DNA of 29,213 nucleotides. It comes from Geosiphon pyriformis uo1. Taxonomy: Eukaryota > Fungi > Glomeromycota. Made by a program: the position numbers and the translations under genes. Positions 10,559 through 22,041 of the stretch are shown piece after piece. The DNA is taken from assembly GCA_016748015.1 (NCBI GenBank), contig JAAOMT010000239.1:1-29213 (forward strand), written 5' to 3'. The notes under the pieces were generated by a model, which ran no database searches, had not been told where the DNA came from, and saw only the letters and a list, made by a program, of their open reading frames with translations. The stretch's first letter is position 1, and every line of letters begins with the position of its first letter.

Positions 10559-11589
10559 ATGAAATTTACGATCAAATTGCGCTCTAATTATACCACAGGC
10601 TTTACCATTTGTATTTGGTCAAATTTAATGAAACTGAATTTAAGTAAAAAGGAGGTAAGCTACTGCAAATAATCGGCATTAAATAATTAGAAAAGTTCTC
10701 TTATTTACCTATGAATAAGCTGACGGTTACTTGCCAAGAAGATCATAAAATTCCTGGCATAAGATATCGGAACTGGACTTCGGAAGAAAAACAAATGCTC
10801 ATTGAGCTACAAAAGAAACACGGTTCAAATTGGAAGCTAATTTCTCAGAAATATTTTCAATCAAGAACAATCCAAGCTCTGGAAAAAAAATTTTATAGCT
10901 TAAGCACTGGCGAAAGTATTATTGATGATAGATTAACCAGAAAGGAAAAGAAATGGACACCTAAAGAGGATAAGGAGCTGCAATTAGCTGTCAAAACATA
11001 TTCAATCCAGGGTAAAGTCAATTGGAAATCTATAATTTTAACAGGCTGTTTTCCCAAAAGAAGTGCACCAAATTTAGCGAGTCGGTATCACGGTGTTTTA
11101 GCGGGACCAAAACGTGGCCCCTGGACTAAAAATGAAGATGAACAATTGCACAATTTATTTCAGACACATGGCAGAAAATGGAAAAAAATAAGTCATATTC
11201 TTCAAAGGCCACCTAGGTATATACAATACCGTTATACCCGGTTTTTGTCACCAGGGATTAAAATTGGTCGTTGGACGCCTGAGGAATTCAAAATATTAGC
11301 TGAGAAAGCGGGAAAGCTCAATGAAAATTGGGACGAAATTCAGGAATTAATACCTGGGCGATCTTTAAATGATATTAAAACAACTTATTATAATTCCCCA
11401 AAAGTTCAAAGGAAGTTCAATAGTGGAAAATGGAATGATATAGAAATACATAACTTAAATGAAGCATTCAAAAAATTTGGTAGAAATTTTCAAAAGCTTT
11501 CCGAGGCTGTAACTACGAAAAGTCCCCGACAATGTTATCAAAGGATGCGAAACAACTTTCCAGTTAATAATATTAGAAAACAAGTTTAA
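10559..11589 (+). CDS. Five-repeat Myb/SANT protein A, ~321 aa (exons 10559-10654, 10720-11589)
   Basis: Five W(T/N)xxE-initiated Myb repeats. A 96-nt leader exon MKFTIKLRSNYTTGFTICIWSNLMKLNLSKKE ends at a GTAAGC donor; AAG acceptor at 10717-10719 is positionally equal to TAG in paralog B. Confidence 0.9.
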
Positions 11590-13389
11590 AAGACCGATAA
11601 AATATAAACTAAAATTTGTATTCAGATTTTTCTATGATGAAGATGAGATAGTGTAGGCTTATTGCGAAGGTTTCTAAATTGCAGAATTAAATTTGGGATA
11701 GAAAAGTCAAGAGATGAAAGATAAAGTAACACTTTCTAATAATCACCGAGCTTAGTTAAAACACTCATGTTTAAATAAATCTAACAGAAAAACTTAATTA
11801 AATCTTGAATTTAATGAAAAAAAAATTAAGTGAAGAACCCCCGAAATATATTGTTAGACTTGAATAAAAAATAGACAACAAAATAAATGCTGAATAATAA
11901 ATATAAATTGTATCTCTTATTTTAGAAATAAGAATAAAAAATCGAATATTAATTATTAGTTGCATTAAAGTGGTTTATTTTATCAGCGATGAATATATTA
12001 AGTTTCACATCTTATTTTGCTTACTAATTCTTAATTTAGGGTCTAAAAGTTTCAGAGTTTTTTTAAAATCGAAATTTTAAATTTTAAATAAATAAATCAG
12101 AGTAAAAGATTATGTGATGTATAATCTCGAAATTTTGAATATGTATAATTATTATTAAATTGATCTCAAAATATTATTTTAGCTTAATTTTTTTAATAAT
12201 TTTATGAAAACAGCTGTTTATTCGGTCTCTCATTAATACATATTATTTATGAGTGCAATATTTTTTTTGAAAATTTAAAAAATCTTGCAAACAAAATCTT
12301 AAAAAACAAATACCGAAAATATTTTTAAATCGGAATTTATAAAAGGATCAATTTGTTAATATAAATTGAAAATTCTTTATATTTTTTGCTTTAATATTAA
12401 TATTTGTGTTTTTATATTATAATTTTGAAATTTTCAAGTTAATTTTTTGAATACTGTTCAATACATTAATTTTTAGTCATTTTTTATAATGCAATAATTG
12501 ATAAACCCATTATTTTGTAGTTTTGCTTAGTGGATTCAAAAATTTTTTCAGATAATTTCCTTTTTGGAAAATTAAATAAAAATAATTACATAAAAAGCTT
12601 TATAATAATTATTAAGTATGTTTTAACCTCAATTTTTTCATTTGCTACTTGGATTAAACTCTTATTTCTATTTTATATGAAAAAATAATCAAAAAAAATT
12701 TATTCATCTCAGTCGTTAATAGTGTTCTACCTATAAAAATCGATGATGCCTTCAGCAACTCCTTTAAATAAATAATCGTTTACTAAAGAAATTAAATTAA
12801 AATTAATAGCCTTATACAAAAAGAAAGACTTATTGAATTATCTGTACTGAAAAGTAAATGATTTAATGCAGCTAACAATGTTAAGATTTAATATAAGTAT
12901 TATAGAAAGAAGTATCTAGTTTCAATCATTTCAAAAATTTCATTTCAAAGTATTTTTATAAAAGTATTCAAAAAATATAAATATATCTAATCAGAGTAAG
13001 ATGTGAAACTTAATATCTTCATTTGCTGATAAAAATAAGCCATATTTAATGCAATTTATAACTGGGTATTAGATTTTTTACCAAAAGGAGATGCAGTTTA
13101 TATTTATTTTTCATAATTCATTTTTTATGCTAGTCTAAAAATATATTTCAAGAGATTACTCACAAAAATATCTCGGAAAAATCCCGGACAAGCAATTATT
13201 TATCTTAGATTTATTTAGCATAGATGTTTTAACTAAGTAAGAGTTGCTTTATCTTTCATCTCTTCTATCCCAAATTTAATTCTGCAATTTAGAAACCTTC
13301 GCAATAAGCCTACACTATCTCATTTTTATCATAGAAAAATCTGAATACAAATTTTAGTTTATATTTTATCGGTCTTTTAAACTTGTTTT

Positions 13390-14401
13390 CTATAAATAAT
13401 TAACTGGAAAGTTGTTTCGCATCCTTTGATAACATTGATTAGGACTTCTCGTAGTTACAACTTCGGAAAGCTTTTGAAAATTTCCACCAAATTTTTTAAA
13501 TGCTTCATTTAAGTTATGTATTTCTATATCATTCCATTTTCCACTATTGAACTTCCTTTGAACTTTTGGGGAATTAAAATAAAGTTTTTTAATGTAATTT
13601 AAAGGTCGCCCGGGTATTAATTGCTGGATTTCTTCCCAATTTTCATTGAACTTTCTTGCTTCCTCGGCCAATATTTTGAATTCTTCAGGCGTCCAATAAC
13701 CAATCTTACTCCCTGGTGACAAAAAGTGGGTATAGTGGTATCGTATGTAGCTAGGTGGCCTTTGAAGAATATGACTCATTTTTGACCATTTTTTGCCATG
13801 TGTCTGAACTAAATTGCGCAGTTGTTCATCTTCATTTTTAGTCCATGGCCCACGTTTCGGTTCCGTTAAATAATCGTAATATCGACTTTTTAAACTTTTA
13901 ACACTCCTTTTAGGAAAACAGCCTGTTAAAAATATAGATTTCCAATCGATCCTACCATGGATCAAATTTTTTTTGATAGCCAATTGTAGCTCCTCATCCT
14001 CTTCAAGTGTCCATTTCTGCGCCTTTTTGGTTAATCTATCATCAATAATACTTTCGCCAGTGCTTAAGCTTGAAAATTTATTTTTCAGAGCTGAGATTGT
14101 TCTTGATTGAAAATATTTCTGAGAAATTAGCTTCCAATTTGAACCGTGTTTCTTTTGTAGCTCAATGAGCATTTGTTTTTCTTCCGAAGTCCAGTATCTT
14201 AGCCCAGAAATTTTATGACCACCTTGGCTAGTAACCACCAGCTAATTCATAGGTGAATAAGAAAACTTTCTATTTATTGAATGCGGATTATTTGCAGTAG
14301 CTTACCTCCTTTTTACTTAAATTCAGTTTCATTAAATTTGACCAAACACAAATTGTAAAACCTATGGTATAATTTGAATGCAATTTGATCGTGACTTTCA
14401 T
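13390..14401 (-). CDS. Five-repeat Myb/SANT protein B, ~315 aa (exons 14401-14306, 14241-13390)
   Basis: Close paralog of A. Leader exon MKVTIKLHSNYTIGFTICVWSNLMKLNLSKKE; GTAAGC...TAG intron 14305-14242. Confidence 0.9.
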
Positions 14402-14446
14402 TGTAATAAATGAGTGATAAACAGATGTTTTGGTTGCAAAATTCTT

Positions 14447-14476
14447 TATTTATATAGATGATCAACGTGTCGATCA
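14447..14476 (-). promoter_or_regulatory. Palindrome plus TATA box upstream of Myb gene B
   Basis: Minus strand TGATCGACACGTTGATCATCTATATAAATA, homologous to the gene A promoter. Confidence 0.6.
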
Positions 14477-17120
14477 AGTTAGGAAGATCAGAAAAGGCTA
14501 CTAAACTGGGTGTTGTGATCAAATAAAAAAAATCATTTAATTAAAAGAACTTAATTTATGTTCTTGTAATTAGATACAATGATATTAATATTTTGAATTA
14601 AAATTTTCAAATTTTCAATATGAATCAAAAACAGATTTTCTATTTAGAAAATAAATAATCTGCTCAGAAAAATTTCTTGCTGCCGCAAAGAGACTAGCAA
14701 CTAAAACCATCTCTAAGTCTCATTTTTGTACATTTTAGAGATGCCTTTTGAATTAATTTTTTTTTCGCTCATTAATCTTATTTATACTAAGGCAAGAAAT
14801 AAATCAGAACAATAATTAAATTTATTATTATTAGGACTTTTTATAACTAACGAACCATTTTTCGACATAGAAATTTATTTATGAATGTGGATTAGAATAC
14901 TTTGGGTTTTTCTTAAAGACAACTCTGGAGCTAGTTTCAATTTGAACTTGAATGACATCGGCTAGTAATCGTGTTTAGAGAAATTTCAGGGGCGATAAAT
15001 ATAATAATTTTGTGCAAAGCTTTAACTAGATTAGTTTATTTCGGAAGTAATCAAAATAAAATTTTTCATATTCTATTTTGAGAAACAGTAATACGCAATA
15101 AAAAATTTTGCAAATTATTTAGTTTATTATATCTTGAAAATGATTGTTATAACCCATTTATATTGAAAAATTATTAAAAAATGGCAAACTACTATCAAAA
15201 ATTTTTCAATTCTATTTATCATAATAAATAAAAAATGGTAATAAACACAAATTGATAAACAATTCAAAATAGAACTCATTTGAAGAGATTCTAATTTACT
15301 AAAAAAAACTTGATTTATAAATAAACAGCTAAAATTTTCAAGTTAAGTCTTATATACATACAACTTTTAGATTTGTAAAATGAATTTTTATTCTCTTTAA
15401 ATATCGTTAATATTAAAATTTTTCCCAAGATTGTATTTTTATATAAAATATGTTTTAAATAAAATCAAAACGGGTCTTTTTTCTAATCATTATTTATGCA
15501 AATGTATATTGATTTGACACCAAAGTTATTGATAATAAAGTTACCGGTTACGTTAAATTACACAATTCATATGTGTATTATAAAAAATTCGAATTCAGAT
15601 GCAGTTTTTATTTATAAGTATAAAACGAGTTTATAACATTTAAAAGAAAGACTAATTATATAAAGAAATTTTAAAATAGGCTTAAGTGGTTGGGAAGACT
15701 TTTAAACTCAAAGAAATCAAATATATGTTACTAAAAACAATTTCTTATAATTTATCTTTTCGAAAATTCCAAATTTAATTTTGATAAAATGAATTTTTTC
15801 TTTATTAATTTTTAGAAGTAATTATATAATGAAATTAATAAAAGTGAATTTAAAAAGTAAAATGCTTAAGATATTTTTCATCAATGGGTTTGCTTATAAT
15901 ACTCTAATTTAAATTTTTATTCGCACAAATTTATAATATAAAAAAAAGTTCTGGATACACTTTTTCTTGAATAAAAAAAAGTTAAATACAATAATTTTCT
16001 TAGAATATTTGCAAAAATCCCTTTTTTTAAACATATGAAATATTTTATTGAAACCAAAATCTTATTAAAATATATGAAGAGAAAATATCTTGATGTTTTA
16101 TCTAAAGTAAATTTAGGCTCACTAATTTATTATTATCTAGAGACGTATCAATTCAAAAAAATTCACTTTTTATAGCTTCACTTTACTGAATGGGTCTTAA
16201 TATTTTGAGCATTTTTCTCTTAACTAGTTTGAATCATTCACTCTTGCTCAAGAAAACAAAAAATTAAAAACAAATATTCTTTTTCATAATAATTTCATTC
16301 CTAGTATCCGTAAAGAGAAAATTATCAATAGTAGTTATCCTCATTAGAATTAAATAAGATTTAATGAAAAAATACTTTGATATCTCAAATAACATACATA
16401 ATTGTATTATATGACGCAGAGTGTAAATTAAGAAAAATTGGGTTGAAACTTTTGAAAGTATCATTAAAATGAGAATCTATTTATTAATGTTTTTGATTTC
16501 GAAATTTTGTTTTCAACCAAATTTTTGAAATAAACTGCTTGATAAATATATATTGCAATTCCAATATGATTGAAGTTTCTGATTTAAAAGAACTATTTTT
16601 CAAAACATATTGCTTATTAACAATTTTTAAATTAAAGGGCTAGTTAAAAATATTTACATCTATTTAATGATACTTGATGGAATTTAATAGAATATGTACA
16701 AAAATTTGGCACTTTATATTACTTGATATCAATGAAATCTCAAGTAAGATTAACATATAATTTTTAGAAAATTGAATCTTATATTTTTAAATTTGATAGT
16801 AAAATAAACACATTAGTTAAAGAAAAGCAATATATGATATTTTTTATTCTAAATTAATGTTAGTGATATTGTAAAAATTAATATTTAAGAATAATATAAT
16901 TTAAGAACTTTATTTGCTGATCATTGCAAATCTAAAATATTTTACAATTTATTGTTATTTACTTTCAAGTTTGATATTTATTTAATTAGAAAAATAATAG
17001 TTAATTAAGAAAATATCTAAAATAGCAAATAGTTTTAAGTAAATTTCGGTCAAATTATTTTTTTCATAAATTTTTATTTAATAGGTATTTTTATTGAGGT
17101 TGGATATTTTAACTTTATTT

Positions 17121-17403
17121 CTTAAATGCACTGAATCACCAGGAACACATAATTATGGGATTGTGATAACGTATAACCAATATTATTATACTTTTCGATT
17201 AAGCTGACCAACAAAAAGCAAAAAATAACTATAATGAGAATTCAGGATAGGAAAATCTTCATTTTGTGATCGCTCCAATGATTCCCATTCTCCTAATGAT
17301 CATTTTAAGCGATAAATCACCCCATTTTCAACCGTATTAGCATATCAAATTAATCAGAATACTTCAAACTACAAAAATCGCACCCAGATTTAGTGCATTC
17401 AAG
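17121..17403. mobile_element. Candidate MITE (~283 bp)
   Basis: Imperfect terminal inverted repeats CTTAAATGCACTGAATC / GATTTAGTGCATTCAAG (15/17 match); interior is less AT-rich than the flanks. Confidence 0.45.
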
Positions 17404-17489
17404 TCGTATTTTAAGTTTGCAAATTATCGGACTTTCTAAAGTTTTAGTTCATTTAATTGAGAACGTGTTTTTAATTGATTAATTAATTT

Positions 17490-17515
17490 TTATTTATTTA
17501 TTTATTTATTTATTT
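17490..17515. repeat. (TTTA)n microsatellite
   Basis: About 6 consecutive TTTA units. Confidence 0.8.
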
Positions 17516-18302
17516 TTAAATGGTTTTTTTAAAAGAATTATCTACTTTCCAGAAGAGTTAAAAAGGTATACCTGGCTATCATTTATAATAATGGTATAAT
17601 ATTTGATATTGAAAAGTTTTCTAAAAAAAAGAAGTTGAAATTAAGGCGAGAAAATTAATATCTTCCGGTACCAAGTATTTAAAATTTTGGTCTCTCATAT
17701 ATTAAGCTTTTTAATCTCCTTAAAATAATAAATATATTAATTTAAGCTAAAAGCAAAATGACAACTCAAATTTGAAAGCATTTTTTTTAATAATAAGTAA
17801 TTTTTTTTGGATCTCTTGCCTTTAATCAAACATCTGAAACTTATAAGTTGAGCAAAGATAAATTTTCTAAAAGAATTCTTGTAAATACAAAAAATGACTT
17901 AAAAAGTCAAGATTCATGGGAGATTGTAAATGAGTCTATCTGGCTTCTTTGTGCATGTCTTACAAATACTAATATCACAATTAATTTTAGTGGTGTACAT
18001 TCGGAAAAATTTAATAACAGCTGAAATTTGAAAAGATTCTCCAGTCAAATGTATGCATGGATTTGAACGGAAAATTGAATTGACAAAATTTAAGGGTTTT
18101 AGAACCCTTATATTTGATGCTAATGGTTTTTCCAATATAAAGTTATACTTTAATTATGTAATTTTTTATCGTATATAAATGCAGCTCTTAGAAGTAGCTG
18201 AATCCATTTTAACTTTCATCATCAACTTACTTCTGCATTAAAAACTTGGGGCAAGAATTTTTAACAACAGATTTTTAAAAATACCCTCTAAATACCACCA
18301 TA

Positions 18303-18689
18303 ATGAAACATTACTTTCTATTTACTTTAATATTTGCTGTTCTATCCTTTACCAGCAGGCCTGTTGTGGTGTATTCATCTCCAATACCAGCTCCCCAAAC
18401 ATTCGATCCTTCGAGCAACGCTTATGATTTCACCGGAATTAACATGAATAATTTGGCTTTTTTATCATCAAAGCCAATCTCTGACCCTCTAGATATGGAT
18501 GAACTTCTCGGTTCTGATCGTCGAACCCTTAAACCTGAACCTAGCTCTAACCCTCAAAAATTTGATAACGAGTTGTTATTGCAAAGTGTTGAAAATATGG
18601 TCCCATTTTCACTTCATGATAATATATCACTAGATCAGATTAAAAAATGGTTCAGCGACAAACTGGAGTCTAAACCTTCTTACCCTTGA
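18303..18689 (+). CDS. Small secreted protein, 128 aa, cysteine-free
   Basis: ATG in ATAATG context; signal-peptide-like MKHYFLFTLIFAVLSFTS...VYSSPIP; TATATAAA at 18172-18179; higher GC than the flanks. Confidence 0.8.
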   Translation: MKHYFLFTLIFAVLSFTSRPVVVYSSPIPAPQTFDPSSNAYDFTGINMNNLAFLSSKPISDPLDMDELLGSDRRTLKPEPSSNPQKFDNELLLQSVENMVPFSLHDNISLDQIKKWFSDKLESKPSYP

Positions 18690-20338
18690 TTTTTGATTGC
18701 TAACACGAATAATTTGTTTTAAGCGCTAAGGTTACATGAAATGTGTGTGAGTGCAGCAAAGTTTTTATTATATAAATATGTAATAAAAACAAAGTTAAAA
18801 GATTTCAGAGTAAAGATTTTTGTATGTTTTATCAGACTATAGTTCAAGATTCTCTAGATATATTTTTTCCCCTAATATTTATAAATATCATTCTTCCACT
18901 GCATTTTTTATTCTAGGGTTTCTTCAATTTTTATTTTATTTATTCAATTTAAAGATAGTACAAATACTTTTTGATATTTAATGAAATAAAATTGGGGAAC
19001 ACACAATTTTTTGTTATATTGGAAACCCAAATTGCTATAAAATTATACGTTGTTGTAATATTTAAATTTTATTGTAATGTTTGAATTGTGTCTTGTATCT
19101 AATGTTTAATGGCTTAAATTCCTGATATTTTAAATTTCATTAACAATAAATTTTATATTATTCATTACAATTTTTTAAATTATTCCATTTGTTGATAAAA
19201 AAGCTAAATAATAATTGGTCATTCATGAATAAAATATATATATAAATTATTTGTCAAAGAAAATTTTTTATTAGCAATTTTTTAATTTCAAAAATCAAAA
19301 AGCAATGATTAATTAATTATATTGATTATTAACTAGTTTTTAAAAAAAACCATTGTTTTTCATCTAAAGTAAATATAATTTATATATATGATTAATTATT
19401 TATGTTTTAATCTAAAAAGATTATCTTTTTTATTGCAAAACTAAAAATAATCAAATATTGAAAAATAATAAAAAAAAACTTTTAATAGTTGAATTCTAAA
19501 ATCTTAATTATATTATTTATCAGCAATTTTTGCTATATTTTTAACAATTACTCTTGGTTTTTTATTTGTAAGAACATCAAGTTAATAACTTAATTTTTAA
19601 AAAGTTTTAATTTCAAAATAATAGTTATTAAAAGTCTAATTATCCAATTTTATTGAAATTGGTTTTAATGTATTTTATAAATAAATTATATAGCAATATT
19701 TTCGAGTCTAAAAAATTAAAAATTTAATTCATCAAAATTAGTAACTTATAAATTTTCAAATAATTAATTTAAAACAAAAATATTAAAAAAATTATTATTA
19801 TTTTATTTTAAAAGTTAAAATTTTTAAGTTATTATTGATACATTATTAAAAAACTTTTTATTAATTTTAGAAAACTTTTAAATTATTTAAATTTTTGGTA
19901 ATTTTTAATTATTAACAAGTTCAAAATATCGGATCATTTACTCATTGTATTTAATAATAATTAAATAATTAAAAATTAATGTGAAATAATTAAAATTAAT
20001 AAATTATTAATAATAATAAAAATTATAAATAATTTTATACTAATTTGTGGTTTTATATTTCAACTGTTAACAAAAAATGCATTTTAAAAATGAAAACTTT
20101 AAATAAATTTAAAAGGAAAAAAAGTAAATTTTTTACACCTATTTTTTATGAATATTTTAGTCAAAAATTGATAAATTTCTCGCTTTGCTTCGAACAATAA
20201 AAGTTTTTAAAAAAATCCTTAAAGAACTTCAAGTTTCAAAAGAAAGATACTATTGAAATTCAACAACTTTAATATCTACATTTTCTTTATGCCGTATTCA
20301 AATTTTATTCACAATATAGAAAACTTTAAAATTAAGAG

Positions 20339-20445
20339 AACTCGCCCAGAAGCTCATGATTACAACGAGTGTAAAACATGTCAAGAGAGTATTCGAAATT
20401 AGTGCATAGCATGCCTATTCTTATTAATTGAAAAACTTTACAAAG
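20339..20445. repeat. Dispersed ~110-bp repeat, copy 1
   Basis: AACTCGCCCAGAAGCTCATGATTACAACGAGT...GTATTCGAAAT...TTGAAAA matches 23129-23240. Confidence 0.65.
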
Positions 20446-21164
20446 ACTTTAAAATGACAACAAATTAGTTGATGAAATAATTTATATTTCACCTCTTAAT
20501 GAAAATGAATGGTATAATGGTAGAGTCAAATATTATGAATGAATTTAATGAGAGCACATAGTGAATATCAACAAAATTGGTAAGATGAAATGGTATATAA
20601 AAGAGAAAGATATGAAGTAGAGAGGAAAGAAGAGGTACCAATAAAATTATTAAAGCCATTTTTGCAGAACAGTAAAAAGATTTTTAAAGAGGTAATCAAG
20701 TTATTATCATTTAATTTTTAACTTATTAAAATTTACATCTATTAAACATTTCTTCAACCAAAAATTTTTCATAATTCCCCATTAAAGTGCATTTTTCATA
20801 CATTGTTAAACTGCTTTTTATTAGAAGTCTAGTAAAGAATATTTTTACTTAATTAAAATTTATTCATTTATTTTGAATAGGGTGGTACTCTTCATTATAA
20901 ATGAATTGATTGAAAGCAGATAATATTTTTTATATAATAAAATCTCATTCGAAACATAATTCAGTGAATTATGAGAAGCATCAAATATTGAAGATGGTTT
21001 ATTATTAGCTTTGAAAAGATAGTGGAAAGTTTTAAGTATCACTGCAGATGACGTTGATTAGAGAACAAAGAATTTCTTTGTTTTTAGCAAACACGCAAGA
21101 TGATCGACCTTATGGTTACAGATATAAATAGAGATTAAAAAATTAGTTTCCAATCATTTTAATT

Positions 21165-22041
21165 ATGTTAAAACCGCAAACTAGTAATACAATAGGTCTC
21201 GCCCTTTGCATATGGTTGACTTTAAGGAGATTAAAGTAAGCTGCTACAAATTTTAACCAATTTTGAATTTTATCTAATTTTAATCTTTACTATTAGCCGG
21301 CAATTCCCCGAAATACTAGGAAATACAAACAATACTTTATCAAACGTTTATGAAATTTCTTCCCCAAAATATTCTCCAAGATGGAGCCTTGAAGAAAGTA
21401 AAGCTCTTCTTGAGGCATATAAAGTTTTCGGCTCAAAATGGAAATTAATTTCACAAAATCACTTTCCATTAAGAACAGCTAAATCTCTCGAATGTAAATG
21501 GTATGACTTAAAAGCTAATGGAGAAATTATTAATCAGAAACATACCCAAAATTCAAAAAAGTGGACGCCGGAAGAGGATAAAGAGCTGTACATAGCTGTT
21601 ATACCGTATTCATTGAATAAGAGAGTTGATTGGAAAGCTATTTTATTAAATGCCCGTTTTCCTGGAAAAAATACTTTACAGTTATCCAAACGTTATCACG
21701 GTGTTTTAGCTCAACCAAAACGTGGTCCATGGACCAAGCAAGAAGATGAAAAACTTTTGAGTTTAGTGCAGAGCCATGGAAACAAATGGATAAAAATAAG
21801 TCATCACCTTCAAAGGCCCACTTGTTCAATTAGATTACGTTACTCTAACTACTTGGCACCTGGGATTAAAAGGAGTCAATGGACAGACGAAGAGTTTCAT
21901 CAATTAGCTAAGGCTTTTCAAGATCATGGTGAGAATTGGGAACAGATACAGCGATTACTCCCAGGAAGATCCTTAGATCGTATAAGATACTATTGTCGTC
22001 ATCCACCCAAAATTCAAATAAGGGGAAATGTGACCCAATAG
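21165..22041 (+). CDS. Four-repeat Myb/SANT protein C, ~271 aa (exons 21165-21235, 21297-22041); fifth repeat lost by frameshift
   Basis: The frame is open upstream of ORF 21613 back to 21298, encoding RWSLEESKALL..KWKLISQNHFPLRT and KWTPEEDKEL. Leader exon MLKPQTSNTIGLALCIWLTLRRL; GTAAGC...TAG intron 21236-21296; TATAAATA at 21123-21130. Confidence 0.85.

Larger units (their letters stand above)
10290..14557. repeat. Inverted segmental duplication: arms ~10290-12020 and ~12990-14557, spacer ~970 bp
   Basis: Promoter, leader exon, intron, CDS and 3' flank of the two Myb genes align as reverse complements. Outer arm limits are approximate. Confidence 0.9.

Noticed and set aside
14242-14250. 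Premature stop (ATG AAT TAG) making Myb B a pseudogene
   Set aside because: The TAG is better explained as the splice acceptor of an intron found at a similar position in all three paralogs.
14313-14522. 69-aa ORF upstream of Myb B
   Set aside because: Overlaps the promoter and leader exon in another frame; the paralogous region in A is interrupted by a stop.
20480-20700. Purine-rich, coding-like stretch
   Set aside because: Multiple stops and no recognisable motif; possibly TE debris but unsupported.
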